Assembly (NCBI RefSeq): GCF_001644705.1
Contig: NZ_CP015137.1
Coordinates: 4,290,001 to 4,322,000, forward strand
Source: Dickeya solani IPO 2222
Lineage (GTDB): Bacteria > Pseudomonadota > Gammaproteobacteria > Enterobacterales > Enterobacteriaceae
Length of the DNA stretch: 32,000 nt
Direction: 5' to 3'
This document shows, one piece after another, positions 17,209 to 28,705 of the stretch; within the stretch, counting starts at the first letter, position 1, and every line of letters begins with the position of its first letter. The position numbers were made by a program, and so were the translations under genes. The notes under the pieces were generated by a model. The model did not search any database. It saw only the letters and a list, made by a program, of their open reading frames with translations, and was not told the origin of the DNA.

Positions 17209-18948
17209 CTACAGGTGTTGATGAAATTGCCAGTAGCGCCCCTGTAACGCCATCAGGCTATGATGCGAACCCTGTTCCACCAGTTGCCCGCCATCCATCA
17301 CGCACAGCCGGTCCATACTTTCCAGCCCGTTCAGACGATGGGTAATGACGATCAGGGTTTTACCCAGGCAGTGCTGCCGTAATAGCTGCAGTATGCGCTG
17401 TTCGGTATCGGCGTCGAGCCCTTCTGTCGGTTCATCCAGCAACACCAGCGGCGCTGGGTGGAGCAGGGCGCGCGCTACGCCGATACGGCGTTGTTCGCCG
17501 CCGGACAACTGACGTCCTCCTTCGCCCAGCCAGGCGTTGAGCCCCTGATCCTCCAGCAATTTCTCCAGCCCGACTTGCGTTAGCACCGCCTGCAACCGCT
17601 CGTCACTGGCCGCGGGGGCCGCCAGCCGCAGGTTTGCCCGCAATGTCGCGCTGAAAATATGCACCCGCTGCGACACCACGCTCATGGTATCGCGCAGAGT
17701 AGACTCCGGGTATGCGGCGATCGGCATGCCATTAAGGCGAATTTCGCCGGCGCTACAATCCCAGGCGCGGGTCAGCAATTGCAACAGTGTCGATTTGCCG
17801 CAACCGGTACGTCCCAGCAACGCGACATGCTCTCCCGGCGCAAGCGTCAGCGAAATTTCGCTCAGCGCCGGTTGGTTTTGTTCCGGGTAGGTAAAGCTCA
17901 CTTTATCCAGTGTAAGTTGAATCTGTTCCAGCTGGCTGGGGCCCTGAGACGGAAAGGTGACCGGCGGACGCAGTTTCAGTAGCTGATCGACTCGTGCCGC
18001 CGACGCGACGACTTGCCCGATGTGCTGGAATGCGCCTGCGACCGGCGCCAGCGCTTCGAAAGCGGCGAGGGCGGCAAACACAAACAGCGCGATGAGCGCA
18101 CCCGGTTGATGGTCGCCGCCGACGCCACCGGCGGCCAGCCACAGCAGTAAGGTAGCGGTCAAGCCGCTGGCGGCAATCAGGATGGCCTGTGACAGCGCGC
18201 TCAGCCCGGCCTGTTGACGTTGTCGCTCAAACCAGCGCTGCTCCAGTATTTCCAACTGCTGGCGAAAGTGTGCCAGTGCGCCGAATACCGCCAGTTCGGC
18301 CTGCCCCTGAATCCAGGTGGTCAGTTGTACCCGGTAATGGGCGCGTAGCGCGGTCAGGTCGGCGCCGACCGGCTGCCCCGCACGGTAAAACGCCAGGGGT
18401 AACAGCAGCAGCAGCGCCAGCATGATGGCGGCCAGCGTCAGCGCCAGTGAGGTATCCAGCCAGCTCAAGCCATAAGCCAGCGCCAGAATGACGGCCAGTG
18501 CGCTCACCAGCGGCGAAATCACCCGCAGGTAGAGATGGTCCAGCGTATCCACATCCGCCACCAGCCGGTTGAGCAGCTCGGCCTGACGAAAACCAATCAA
18601 CCCGCCCGGTGCCAGCGGCAGGATGCGGCTAAAGGTGAACACACGCAAATGCAGCAGGACGCGGAAGGTGCCGTCGTGGCTTACCAGTCGCTCAAAGTAA
18701 CGGCTGGCGGTACGCAGAATCGCCGCACCCCGCACCCCGGCCGCCGGCAGCATGTAGTTGAACGTGGTCAGCCCGGCCAGACCAGCGGCCGCCGAGGCCG
18801 CCAGAAACCAGCCTGACAGCGTTAACAGACCGATACTGGCTAACAGCGTAAGAATAGCCAGCACCACGCCCAGACCAAGCCGGAACAGGTGGCGGCGATA
18901 CAGCGCCAGAAAGGGTTTTAGAACCTGCATTGCCCGAATCTTTTCCAT
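17209..18948 (-). CDS. cydC: Cysteine/glutathione ABC exporter subunit CydC (fused permease-ATPase)
   Basis: Collinear with E. coli CydC (LASIGLLTLSGWFL, LPAAGVRGAAI, Walker A GRTGCGKST, LSGGEQRR, LLDEPTEGLD). The start is ambiguous. I chose the ATG at 18948, which lies 1 nt after the cydD stop (TGAgATG) with GGAG 9 nt upstream, giving 579 aa. The ATG at 18930 gives 573 aa and aligns exactly with the E. coli N-terminus (MQVLKPFLALYRRH vs MRALLPYLALYKRH). The track start at 18987 overlaps cydD and is unlikely. Confidence 0.88.
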   Translation of the reverse strand: MEKIRAMQVLKPFLALYRRHLFRLGLGVVLAILTLLASIGLLTLSGWFLAASAAAGLAGLTTFNYMLPAAGVRGAAILRTASRYFERLVSHDGTFRVLLHLRVFTFSRILPLAPGGLIGFRQAELLNRLVADVDTLDHLYLRVISPLVSALAVILALAYGLSWLDTSLALTLAAIMLALLLLLPLAFYRAGQPVGADLTALRAHYRVQLTTWIQGQAELAVFGALAHFRQQLEILEQRWFERQRQQAGLSALSQAILIAASGLTATLLLWLAAGGVGGDHQPGALIALFVFAALAAFEALAPVAGAFQHIGQVVASAARVDQLLKLRPPVTFPSQGPSQLEQIQLTLDKVSFTYPEQNQPALSEISLTLAPGEHVALLGRTGCGKSTLLQLLTRAWDCSAGEIRLNGMPIAAYPESTLRDTMSVVSQRVHIFSATLRANLRLAAPAASDERLQAVLTQVGLEKLLEDQGLNAWLGEGGRQLSGGEQRRIGVARALLHPAPLVLLDEPTEGLDADTEQRILQLLRQHCLGKTLIVITHRLNGLESMDRLCVMDGGQLVEQGSHHSLMALQGRYWQFHQHL

Positions 18949-18949
18949 C

Positions 18950-20716
18950 TCACAGTTCTCCCCGGCGTTGCGCCAGTAAGTCGGCAAACGGCCCGGCTGA
19001 CTGACTCAGGGTAAGGTAGTCACCCTGCTGGACCAACTGACCGTTGGCCATGACCCAGATTTCGTCATAGTCCCGAATTTCGCTCAGTTGATGGGTCACC
19101 AGCAACGTGGTCTGAGCGCGCGACGCCTCACACAGCGCGCTCATGACCCGCTGCTCGCTGTGCGCGTCAAGGCTGGCGGAGGGTTCGTCCAGCAGCAGTA
19201 ATCGGCATGGGTGCAGCAATGCGCGCGCCACAGCGACCCGCTGAGCCTGACCGACTGACAGCCGTGCGGCGCCATCGCCCTGCGGGGTGTCCAGACCTTG
19301 CGGCAACTGTGGTAGAAATTCGTGCACATAAGCGCGCTCAAGCGCTTGTTGCAGTGTATGGTCGCTGGCCTCCGGGCGACCCAGCAACACGTTCTGCCGC
19401 AGCGTGGGTTCCGGCAGATGGGGATTTTGCCCTACCCAACTCAGGTGCTGCCGCCATGACGTGGGCGACAGGGTGCGTAGCTCCTCGCCATTGACCGTTA
19501 GCGAACCGCGATAGGGCAGAAAACCCAGCAGCAGGTTCAGCAGCGAGCTTTTCCCTGCGCCGCTGGGACCGACCAGCGCAACCCGTTGCCCGGCGTCCAG
19601 TTTGAAGGTGAGCGGCCCGGCCAGTATTTTGCCTGAGGGTGACAGAATAGTGAGCTCATGGGCTATCAGTGTGACAGGCGTATCGCTTTGAAATGGCAGG
19701 GTGCCGGCCCCGGTTTCCTCGCTTTCGGCCGTCATGAAACGGTGCAGGGCTTCCGCCGCCCCGACCGCCTGGGCCTTGGCGTGGTAAAACGTGCCGAGAT
19801 CGCGCAGCGGCTGAAAGAATTCCGGCGCCAGAATCAGCACCAGAAAACCGGCAAACAGCGTTACACCGGCGCCATAGCTGCCGAAATGCAACTCGCCGAG
19901 GTAGGAGAAGCCGAAATACACCGCTACCACCGCGATCGAGATCGAGGCAAAAAATTCCAGCACGCCGGAAGACAGAAAAGCCATGCGCAGCACTTCCATG
20001 GTGCGGCTGCGAAATTGTTCCGATGCATGGCGAATCTGTTCAGTTTCCGCCTCGCCGCGATAGAACAGGCGCAGGGTATCCAGACCCCGCAGTCGATCAA
20101 GAAAATTGCCGCTCAGTCTGGCCAGCGCCTGAAAGTTGCGGCGGTTGGCGTCGGCGGCACCCATGCCGACCATCGCCATAAACAGCGGGATCAGCGGCGC
20201 GGTAACGAACAGAATGACCCCGGCGGCCCAGTTCACCGGAAATACGATAATCAGGATCAGCACCGGAATCAGCACGGCCAGATACATCTGGGGCAGATAG
20301 CGGGCGTAGTAATCGTGCATATCGTCCACCTGCTCCAGTATCAGCGTGGCCCAACTGCCGGCCGGCTTTCCCTGAATCCAGGCTGGCCCCAGTTGCTGCA
20401 GCCGATCCAGCACCTGTTGGCGGATATGCTGGCGAATAGTTTGACCGCAACGAAAACCGACGCGTTCCCGTATCCAGTTGATCAATGCCCGCAGTACGAA
20501 CGTCATCGCCAGCAACAAAAACGTCGTGGTCAGCTCGTTACGCGGCGTGTGGGCGATAATTAGAGCGTGCAGCAGTGAGGCCAGTAACCAGGCCTGCGCC
20601 ATAATCAGCAGGCCGCTTGCCAGACCGAGCATCAGCGATAGTCGTAGCCAGCGGTGCGCCAGGCGGCTTTGCTGTTTCAGCCAGCGGGTCAGTTCTCGTT
20701 GTCGGGTGTCTTTCAT
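18950..20716 (-). CDS. cydD: Cysteine/glutathione ABC exporter subunit CydD (fused permease-ATPase)
   Basis: 588 aa, the same length as E. coli CydD, and collinear with it (RQRELTRWLKQQS, GKPAGSWATLILEQVDDMHDYYARYLPQ, Walker [36 protein letters not shown]). Confidence 0.95.
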   Translation of the reverse strand: MKDTRQRELTRWLKQQSRLAHRWLRLSLMLGLASGLLIMAQAWLLASLLHALIIAHTPRNELTTTFLLLAMTFVLRALINWIRERVGFRCGQTIRQHIRQQVLDRLQQLGPAWIQGKPAGSWATLILEQVDDMHDYYARYLPQMYLAVLIPVLILIIVFPVNWAAGVILFVTAPLIPLFMAMVGMGAADANRRNFQALARLSGNFLDRLRGLDTLRLFYRGEAETEQIRHASEQFRSRTMEVLRMAFLSSGVLEFFASISIAVVAVYFGFSYLGELHFGSYGAGVTLFAGFLVLILAPEFFQPLRDLGTFYHAKAQAVGAAEALHRFMTAESEETGAGTLPFQSDTPVTLIAHELTILSPSGKILAGPLTFKLDAGQRVALVGPSGAGKSSLLNLLLGFLPYRGSLTVNGEELRTLSPTSWRQHLSWVGQNPHLPEPTLRQNVLLGRPEASDHTLQQALERAYVHEFLPQLPQGLDTPQGDGAARLSVGQAQRVAVARALLHPCRLLLLDEPSASLDAHSEQRVMSALCEASRAQTTLLVTHQLSEIRDYDEIWVMANGQLVQQGDYLTLSQSAGPFADLLAQRRGEL

Positions 20717-20890
20717 CAGGTGCCGATCGCTTCCAGTTTATACATGAAAATAACGCTTATATAACCGTTACTTAACACGATGGTGGCGTAACGGTTGCGA
20801 TGCGCCATGTTACCGCGGTGGCGGGGTTGTGCAAACGAAAAGCAGGCGGCGGAATGGGGTGTCGATCAATTTTTGCAGTGACAAACTGCA

Positions 20891-20920
20891 ATAAAAAACC
20901 CGGACGCGATCACGTCCGGG
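20891..20920 (-). terminator. Rho-independent terminator of trxB
   Basis: Minus-strand hairpin CCCGGACG-tgatcg-CGTCCGGG (complement of 20899-20920) is followed by TTTTTTAT (complement of 20891-20898). It starts about 22 nt after the trxB stop. A second 7-bp hairpin, TTGCAGT/ACTGCAA (20873-20891), follows. Confidence 0.85.
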
Positions 20921-20942
20921 TTGGCATGCCGGCAATCAGGGC

Positions 20943-21911
<969 letters not shown>

Positions 21912-22402
21912 TCACTCGAACGGACGATATGACCAATTGTAAGGAAATTACCTGCGTAAAAAAAGTGTGGAAGAATGTTGTTGGCTATCGGTTCAATCGT
22001 TACGGAATATTGGCAGGGGGGGCAGCTGATAACATGACGGCGGGCGGGTAACGTGTGAAAACGCTGCCCGAATGGACTGCCAGGAGCGAATCTGGCACTT
22101 TCTTCTGATTTTAATTGTTTTACTTTGACAATCGGCTGTGCTTTTGCGAAAACATCCTTGGAAGAGGAAATTTTTTGTATGTGAATAGTTAAATGCTCCG
22201 GCTTTTATGCGTTTGGGGTCTATGGCGGCGGCGTTGTCTGCCAATGGATAACCGGCGTTTCACGACGTTTCCGGGAAACGCGGTCGGAACAAAGAATGAA
22301 CACACTACAAAAGGCAGGGGTCTTCTTTAGGGGTGGCTCTGGTACATTGAGGTTGGTCAGAGACAGCGGTTAAACAGGGAAGGATGAAGAGAGACAATAA
22401 GA

Positions 22403-22897
22403 ATGGTAGACACGAAAAAACGTCCGGGAAAAGATCTTGATCGTATCGATCGCAATATCCTGAACGAATTGCAAAAAGACGGACGTATCTCCAATGTGGA
22501 GCTTTCCAAGCGGGTCGGCCTTTCGCCAACGCCGTGTCTGGAGCGCGTTCGTCGTCTGGAACGACAGGGTTTTATCAATGGCTATACCGCGCTGCTGAAC
22601 CCACATTATCTGGATGCGTCATTGCTGGTGTTCGTCGAGATCACCCTCAACCGCGGCGCGCCGGATGTGTTTGAACAGTTCAATTCAGCCGTGCAGAAGC
22701 TTGAGGAAATTCAGGAGTGTCATCTGGTTTCCGGGGATTTTGATTATTTGCTCAAAACCCGCGTGCCGGATATGTCGGCATACCGTAAGTTGCTGGGAGA
22801 AACGCTGTTGCGTCTGCCGGGCGTGAACGATACCCGCACCTATGTGGTGATGGAAGAAGTGAAGCAAAGCAACCGGCTGGTCATCAAGACACGCTGA
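22403..22897 (+). CDS. lrp: Leucine-responsive regulatory protein Lrp
   Basis: 164 aa, MVDTKKRPGKDLDRIDRNILNELQKDGRISNVELSKRVGLSPTPCLERVRRLERQGFI..., essentially identical to E. coli Lrp over its full length. It is preceded by a long (503 bp) spacer, as in E. coli. Confidence 0.98.
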   Translation: MVDTKKRPGKDLDRIDRNILNELQKDGRISNVELSKRVGLSPTPCLERVRRLERQGFINGYTALLNPHYLDASLLVFVEITLNRGAPDVFEQFNSAVQKLEEIQECHLVSGDFDYLLKTRVPDMSAYRKLLGETLLRLPGVNDTRTYVVMEEVKQSNRLVIKTR

Positions 22898-22935
22898 CGG
22901 CAAGGGTGCATAACCCGATAAATTCAGCTACACTC

Positions 22936-22951
22936 CTGTGAATATGTACAG
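22936..22951. promoter_or_regulatory. LexA (SOS) box upstream of ftsK
   Basis: CTGT-GAATATGT-ACAG is a perfect CTGT-N8-ACAG. The 20-mer tcCTGTgaATATgTACAGTA matches 16 of 20 positions of TACTGTATATATATACAGTA. Its centre is about 71 nt upstream of the ftsK TTG start. E. coli ftsK has an SOS-inducible promoter (dinH) in the same spacer. Confidence 0.75.
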
Positions 22952-23014
22952 TATGGCGCCGGGGAAGACTCGGCGCTTTATCATGAAACATTTACAGGGA
23001 GCCTGGAGAGACGC

Positions 23015-26000
23015 TTGAGCCAGGAATATACAGAAGATAAAGACGTCACGCTGAAAAAACTCAGCGCGGGTCGACGTTTACTGGAAGCGATGTTAATCGT
23101 TGTGGTGCTTTTTGCCATTTATCTGGCGGTGGCGCTGCTGAGTTTCAGTCCCTCGGATCCTAGCTGGTCGCAAACCGCCTGGCATGAGCCGATTCACAAT
23201 CTGGGGGGCGGGGTAGGCGCCTGGCTGGCGGACACCCTGTTTTTCATTTTCGGCGTACTGGCGTATGCCATTCCCGTGGTGATGGTGTCGTTGTGCTGGG
23301 TGGTTCATCGCCAGCGCGGCCAGCGCGCCACGCTGGATTACTTTACCCTCTCGCTGCGCCTGATCGGCACGCTGGCCCTGATTCTGACCTCATGCGGGCT
23401 GGCGGCGCTCAACGTGGATGACATCTACTATTTCGCCTCTGGCGGGGTGTTGGGCAGTTTGCTCAGCAGTTCGATGATTCCGCGTTTCAATAACATTGGC
23501 GGCACCATGATCCTGCTGTGCGTCTGGGCCGCCGGGCTGACGCTGTTCACCGGCTGGTCGTGGCTGACGATCGCAGAAAAGCTCGGTGCCGGGGTGATGG
23601 GTTGTCTGACGCTGTTTTCCGGCCGTCGGCGTGAAGATGACTATCTTTACGACGATGACGACGAAGATATTGATGAATCATCGGCAGAGGCGCGAAAAGA
23701 TGCTCACCGCACTGCCGCGCCTCACGACGAAGAACCCGTCGCTATATCGTCATCGGCAGAGGAAGATGACGATGATGTGTTGTTTTCCGCTCCGGGTGTG
23801 ACAGCAACGTCAGGCGCGGTCGCTACCGCATCAGTAGCCGCCGAGATGCCGGCTGCAGACGAGGCGAACGAGCGTGCATTTGCCACTGCGGCAACGCCTG
23901 ATGCGGAGCCGGTATTGAAGCCACATCCTGAACCGATAGTCGTTACGCCGTTGGCCGGGCCTGAATCCTATGTCCCGCCGGTTACAACGCCTGCGCCTGA
24001 ATTCAGACCGGGGGCTGATGTCTCGTCGGCATCGCCGTTGGCGCCAGCGCCTTCGGTTGAGGGGGCGGGGATAATGCCCGCGCCAGCTGACCTTGCGCCA
24101 TCACTGTCTGAACCGTTGCCTGACTGGCAACCGCTGACCTTGCAGTCTGACGATCGCATTACCCGTACGGCAGCGGTCACTGCGGCGGCGGTTGTTTCGG
24201 GAAGCGCCGGGGCTGCCCCGGTGCCGAAACCGGAACCGCAGAATGCGACGCTGTTCATGCCGGCGTTTACCACCGATGAAGACAACAATCCGCAGGTCAA
24301 GCGCGGTATGGGGCCGGAATTACCACGGCCAAATCCGGTTCGTATTCCCACTCGCCGTGAGCTGGCATCGTATGGCATCAAACTGCCTTCGCAACGGCTG
24401 GCCGAACAGCAGGCTCGTGCAGCGGAGCAACAGACGCAGGTCGCACACGTTGAGCAAACCGGCGTGTTGGCGCCGTTTGCCGCGCAAGCGCCTTTGCCGG
24501 ACGACGTGACCGCGCAGACAGCGTTGCCTGATGACGAGCAGGATACGTTGATACAGGACGCGGCGTTGCGGCAAGCCTTTGCTGACCAGCAACGCGAACG
24601 CTACGGCGAGACCTATCCCGACCATGAAGAGGATGAGGAAACGCTGTTGCAGGCGCAGCTGGCGCGTGATTTCGCCACCATGCAGCGTTCTCGCTATGGC
24701 GAAGAGCATGGGCCGGATACGGAACAGGATGCGCCGGCGATTTTTGCGCCTGAACCGCCAACGGTGGCGCCCGCTGTTGCCGAAACCAGACTGCCTGACA
24801 TGAAGCCGAAAGCCGAGGCTCCGCTGGACAGCGCTTTCGCTATTTCGCCCTTTGCCGACCTGGTTGATGACGGCCCGTTAGAACCGCTGTTCACGTTGCA
24901 GCCGCAGGAGCGTTTTCCGGATGAGCGGCAGCATGCGCCAGCGTTGCAGACCGCTGCGCCGACCGAACCTGAAGTGGAAGCTGAATCGCCGTCGTCAATT
25001 ATGGACAGCCTGATTCACCCGTTCCTGATGCGTAATGATCAGCCGTTGCAGAAGCCGACGACGCCATTGCCATCGCTGGACCTGCTGACGCCGCCTTCCA
25101 TGAATGATGCGCCGGTCGACCGTGACGCGCTGGATGACATGGCGCGTCTGATCGAAACCCGGCTGGCGGATTATCGCGTCAAAGCCACTGTGGTGGATTA
25201 CCACCCGGGACCAGTGATCACCCGGTTTGAACTGGATCTGGCGCCGGGCGTCAAGGCGGCCCGCATCTCCAATCTGGCCAGAGACCTGGCGCGCTCATTG
25301 TCGGTCGTGGCGGTGCGTATTGTCGAGGTTATCCCCGGCAAACCCTACGTCGGCCTTGAGGTGCCAAATCGCCATCGCCATACGGTATTCTTGCGGGAAG
25401 TGCTGGATTGCGACCGATTCCGTGACACCGCCTCGCCGCTGGCTGTGGTGCTCGGCAAAGACATTTCCGGGCAGCCGGTGGTGGCTGATCTGGCGAAAAT
25501 GCCGCATTTGCTGGTGGCGGGGACCACCGGTTCCGGTAAATCGGTCGGCGTCAACGCTATGATTATCAGCATGCTGTACAAGGCGATGCCGGCGGATGTG
25601 CGTTTCATTATGATCGACCCGAAAATGCTGGAACTGTCGGTGTATGAGGGGATTCCGCATCTGCTTACCGAAGTCGTGACGGACATGAAAGACGCCGCCA
25701 ATGCTTTACGCTGGTGCGTGGGGGAGATGGAGCGTCGCTATAAACTGATGTCGGCGCTTGGCGTGCGTAACCTCAGCGGTTATAACGAGCGCGTGATGCA
25801 GGCGGAAGCGATGGGCCGCCCGGTGCCGGATCCGTTCTGGAAGCCGGGCGACAGTATGGATACCCAGCCGCCAGTACTGGAAAAATTGCCGTATATCGTG
25901 GTGATGGTGGACGAGTTTGCCGACCTGATGATGGCGGTGGGCAAGAAAGTGGAAGAGCTGATTGCTCGTCTGGCGCAGAAGGCGCGCGCTGCCGGGATTC

Positions 26001-26542
26001 ATCTGGTGCTGGCGACGCAGCGCCCGTCGGTGGATGTGATTACCGGTCTTATCAAGGCCAACATCCCAACCCGTATCGCTTTTACCGTGTCGAGCAAGAT
26101 CGACTCCCGTACTATCCTCGATCAGGGCGGCGCGGAGTCGCTGCTCGGCATGGGGGATATGCTGTACATGGCGCCTAACTCCTCGATCCCGATTCGCGTT
26201 CATGGCGCGTTTGTGCGCGATCAGGAAGTGCATGCCGTGGTGCAGGACTGGAAGGCGCGCGGTCGTCCAGAGTACATCGACAGCATTATCAGCGGTGATG
26301 ACGATGGCGAGGGCGGCAGCCTTGGCTTTGAAGGCGATGAAGATCTTGATCCGCTGTTTGATCAGGCGGTGGCTTTTGTGGTGGAAAAACGCCGTGCCTC
26401 GATTTCCGGGGTGCAGCGCCAGTTCCGCATCGGCTATAACCGTGCGGCCCGCATTGTCGAGCAAATGGAGATGCAGGGGATTGTCAGCGCCCCCGGCCAC
26501 AACGGCAACCGCGAGGTGCTGGCGCCGCCGCCGATGGAGTAA
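23015..26542 (+). CDS. ftsK: DNA translocase FtsK (N-terminal membrane domain, long linker, C-terminal alpha/beta/gamma motor)
   Basis: 1175 aa from a TTG start at 23015 (GGAGAG just upstream). The N-terminus (M)[24 protein letters not shown] matches E. coli MSQEYIEDKEVTLTKLSSGRRLLEA. The motor domain is near-identical ([18 protein letters not shown] Walker [13 protein letters not shown] Walker B). The gamma winged helix is present ([23 protein letters not shown]). Confidence 0.95.
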   Translation: MSQEYTEDKDVTLKKLSAGRRLLEAMLIVVVLFAIYLAVALLSFSPSDPSWSQTAWHEPIHNLGGGVGAWLADTLFFIFGVLAYAIPVVMVSLCWVVHRQRGQRATLDYFTLSLRLIGTLALILTSCGLAALNVDDIYYFASGGVLGSLLSSSMIPRFNNIGGTMILLCVWAAGLTLFTGWSWLTIAEKLGAGVMGCLTLFSGRRREDDYLYDDDDEDIDESSAEARKDAHRTAAPHDEEPVAISSSAEEDDDDVLFSAPGVTATSGAVATASVAAEMPAADEANERAFATAATPDAEPVLKPHPEPIVVTPLAGPESYVPPVTTPAPEFRPGADVSSASPLAPAPSVEGAGIMPAPADLAPSLSEPLPDWQPLTLQSDDRITRTAAVTAAAVVSGSAGAAPVPKPEPQNATLFMPAFTTDEDNNPQVKRGMGPELPRPNPVRIPTRRELASYGIKLPSQRLAEQQARAAEQQTQVAHVEQTGVLAPFAAQAPLPDDVTAQTALPDDEQDTLIQDAALRQAFADQQRERYGETYPDHEEDEETLLQAQLARDFATMQRSRYGEEHGPDTEQDAPAIFAPEPPTVAPAVAETRLPDMKPKAEAPLDSAFAISPFADLVDDGPLEPLFTLQPQERFPDERQHAPALQTAAPTEPEVEAESPSSIMDSLIHPFLMRNDQPLQKPTTPLPSLDLLTPPSMNDAPVDRDALDDMARLIETRLADYRVKATVVDYHPGPVITRFELDLAPGVKAARISNLARDLARSLSVVAVRIVEVIPGKPYVGLEVPNRHRHTVFLREVLDCDRFRDTASPLAVVLGKDISGQPVVADLAKMPHLLVAGTTGSGKSVGVNAMIISMLYKAMPADVRFIMIDPKMLELSVYEGIPHLLTEVVTDMKDAANALRWCVGEMERRYKLMSALGVRNLSGYNERVMQAEAMGRPVPDPFWKPGDSMDTQPPVLEKLPYIVVMVDEFADLMMAVGKKVEELIARLAQKARAAGIHLVLATQRPSVDVITGLIKANIPTRIAFTVSSKIDSRTILDQGGAESLLGMGDMLYMAPNSSIPIRVHGAFVRDQEVHAVVQDWKARGRPEYIDSIISGDDDGEGGSLGFEGDEDLDPLFDQAVAFVVEKRRASISGVQRQFRIGYNRAARIVEQMEMQGIVSAPGHNGNREVLAPPPME

Positions 26543-26634
26543 TTTTCGGTGCGGTGTATGTCCCTGCAAAGATGCGTAAAGGTATTGGATAACAGACAAT
26601 TCGTCTGTCATGCCATGACCGGCTGGGCTACATT

Positions 26635-26682
26635 AGCGTTCGCCTGAAATAGCGTTCAACTGAAGCAGCGTTCAACTGAAAT
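26635..26682. repeat. 16-bp tandem repeat x3 in the ftsK-lolA spacer
   Basis: The three units are AGCGTTCGCCTGAAAT (26635-26650), AGCGTTCAACTGAAGC (26651-26666) and AGCGTTCAACTGAAAT (26667-26682). They are head-to-tail with no gaps and differ by 2 nt between copies. Units 2 and 3 contain the mini-palindrome TTCA-AC-TGAA. Confidence 0.9.
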
Positions 26683-26733
26683 CGACTCCCGTCGGGAGCC
26701 GCAATGCGGTAAGAACACGCAAAGGATTTTTGT

Positions 26734-27354
26734 ATGAGTATGATAAGAACAGGGTTGATGGCTGGTTGTTTACTGACTAGCCTGGTTTCCGGCGCAGTCT
26801 ATGCCGATGCGGCCAGTGATTTACAGAGCCGTTTGAATAAAGTGAACAGTTTCCATGCCAGCTTCACGCAAAAAGTCACCACCAATGATGGTGCCGCGGT
26901 GCAGGAAGGCGCCGGTGAGCTGTGGGTAAAACGCCCGAATCTGTTCAACTGGAAAACCTCGTCGCCGGATGAAAGTACGCTGGTGTCCGATGGTAAAACA
27001 CTGTGGTTTTATAACCCGTTCGTCGAACAGGTGACGGCAACCTGGGTGAAGGATGCGACCGGTAATACGCCGTTCATTCTGATTACCCGTAACGACCCGA
27101 AAGACTGGGGTAAATACAACGTGAGTCAGAAAGGAGATGACTTCGATCTGACTCCCCGTGCAGCGAATGGCAATCTGAAACAGTTTTCCATCAACGTGAG
27201 CATTGATGGCACGATCCATGGATTTACCGCCACCGAACAGGATGGGCAGCGCAGCGCCTATACGCTGAAAAATCAGCAAAATGGCGAGGTGGATGCCGCG
27301 AAGTTCCGCTTTACGCCGCCGAAAGGCGTAGCGGTGGACGACCAGCGTCAGTGA
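26734..27354 (+). CDS. lolA: Periplasmic lipoprotein chaperone LolA
   Basis: 206-aa ORF with a signal peptide (...[12 protein letters not shown]). It is collinear with E. coli LolA ([66 protein letters not shown]). AAGGA lies 7 nt upstream of the ATG. Confidence 0.95.
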   Translation: MSMIRTGLMAGCLLTSLVSGAVYADAASDLQSRLNKVNSFHASFTQKVTTNDGAAVQEGAGELWVKRPNLFNWKTSSPDESTLVSDGKTLWFYNPFVEQVTATWVKDATGNTPFILITRNDPKDWGKYNVSQKGDDFDLTPRAANGNLKQFSINVSIDGTIHGFTATEQDGQRSAYTLKNQQNGEVDAAKFRFTPPKGVAVDDQRQ

Positions 27355-27361
27355 GGCGTGT

Positions 27362-28705
27362 GTGAGCAATCTGTCACTCGATTTTTCCAGTAATCAGTTC
27401 CAGCCGCTGGCCGCGCGGATGCGGCCGGCTAAGCTGGCGCAATATATCGGTCAACAGCATCTGTTGGGGCCTGGCAAACCGCTGCCGCGTGCGATTGAAG
27501 CGGGGCAACTTCACTCCATGATTCTGTGGGGGCCGCCGGGGACTGGGAAAACGACGCTGGCCGAATTGATCGGGCACTATGGACACGCCGATGTGGAGCG
27601 GATTTCCGCGGTGACCTCCGGCATCAAGGAAATTCGCGAAGCGATTGAGCGCGCGCGCCAAAACCGTGATGCTGGGCGTCGCACTATCCTGTTTGTGGAC
27701 GAAGTGCATCGTTTCAATAAAAGCCAGCAGGACGCTTTTCTGCCGCATATTGAAGACGGCACCATCACGTTTATTGGCGCTACCACTGAGAACCCATCGT
27801 TTGAACTGAATTCGGCGCTGTTGTCCCGCGCTCGTGTTTATCTGCTTAAGGCGCTGAGCGCCGACGATATTGAGCAGGTGGTGGAACAGGCGTTGCAGGA
27901 CAAGGAACGGGGACTGGGCGGACAGCAGATTGTCTTACCGGATGATACCCGTCGTCTGCTGGCTGAGCTGGTAAACGGCGATGCCCGGCGCTCGCTGAAT
28001 CTGCTGGAAATGATGGCCGATATGGCGGAAGTGGACGCCAGCGGCCAGCGCCTGCTGACATCGGCCTTGCTGAGGGAAGTCTCCGGCGAGCGCAGCGCCC
28101 GCTTTGACAACAAAGGCGATCGTTATTACGACCTGATTTCCGCGCTGCATAAATCGGTACGCGGTTCGGCGCCGGATGCCGCCTTGTACTGGTATGCCCG
28201 TATCATTACCGCCGGTGGCGATCCTTTGTATGTCGCCCGGCGTTTGCTGGCTATCGCGTCTGAAGATGTGGGCAACGCCGATCCGCGGGCGATGCAGGTA
28301 GCGATTGCCGCCTGGGATTGTTTCACCCGCGTCGGTCCGGCGGAGGGTGAGCGCGCCATCGCTCAGGCGATAGTCTATCTGGCGTGTGCGCCGAAGAGTA
28401 ATGCGGTGTATACCGCGTTCAAATCAGCGATGCATGATGCCCGCGAGAAGCCGGATTACGACGTGCCGGAGCACTTGCGCAATGCGCCAACCCGCCTGAT
28501 GAAAGAGATGGGGCTGGGCGCCGAATATCGCTACGCGCATGATGAAGATAACGCTTACGCCGCCGGTGAAGTGTATTTCCCGCCTGAAATGGCAGAAACG
28601 CACTACTATCAGCCGACTTCGCGGGGTTTGGAAGCCAAGATTGGCGAAAAGCTGGCCTGGCTCGCTGCTCAGGATCAAAATAGCCCGACAAAACGCTACC
28701 GCTAG
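27362..28705 (+). CDS. rarA: Replication-associated recombination protein RarA (MgsA/YcaJ), AAA+ ATPase
   Basis: 447 aa, the same as E. coli RarA, from a GTG start at 27362 (GAGG 5 nt upstream). The N-terminus (M)[21 protein letters not shown] matches E. coli [22 protein letters not shown]. Walker A is GPPGTGKTT and Walker B is [12 protein letters not shown]. Confidence 0.95.
   Translation: MSNLSLDFSSNQFQPLAARMRPAKLAQYIGQQHLLGPGKPLPRAIEAGQLHSMILWGPPGTGKTTLAELIGHYGHADVERISAVTSGIKEIREAIERARQNRDAGRRTILFVDEVHRFNKSQQDAFLPHIEDGTITFIGATTENPSFELNSALLSRARVYLLKALSADDIEQVVEQALQDKERGLGGQQIVLPDDTRRLLAELVNGDARRSLNLLEMMADMAEVDASGQRLLTSALLREVSGERSARFDNKGDRYYDLISALHKSVRGSAPDAALYWYARIITAGGDPLYVARRLLAIASEDVGNADPRAMQVAIAAWDCFTRVGPAEGERAIAQAIVYLACAPKSNAVYTAFKSAMHDAREKPDYDVPEHLRNAPTRLMKEMGLGAEYRYAHDEDNAYAAGEVYFPPEMAETHYYQPTSRGLEAKIGEKLAWLAAQDQNSPTKRYR

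Noticed and set aside
20764-20795. 8-9 bp inverted repeat, ACCGTTAC ... GTAACGGT, 48-80 nt upstream of cydD.
   Set aside because: It is real in the sequence, but it has a 16-nt loop, no flanking signal and no known regulator motif. There is too little to support any call.
21993-22244. 83-aa minus-strand ORF in the trxB-lrp spacer. The spacer also contains the palindrome CGTTTCC-G-GGAAACG at 22266-22280.
   Set aside because: The ORF has no SD and an implausible composition, and it lies in the region equivalent to the long lrp promoter/leader of E. coli. The palindrome has a 1-nt centre, which is too tight for an RNA hairpin, and matches no motif I recognise.
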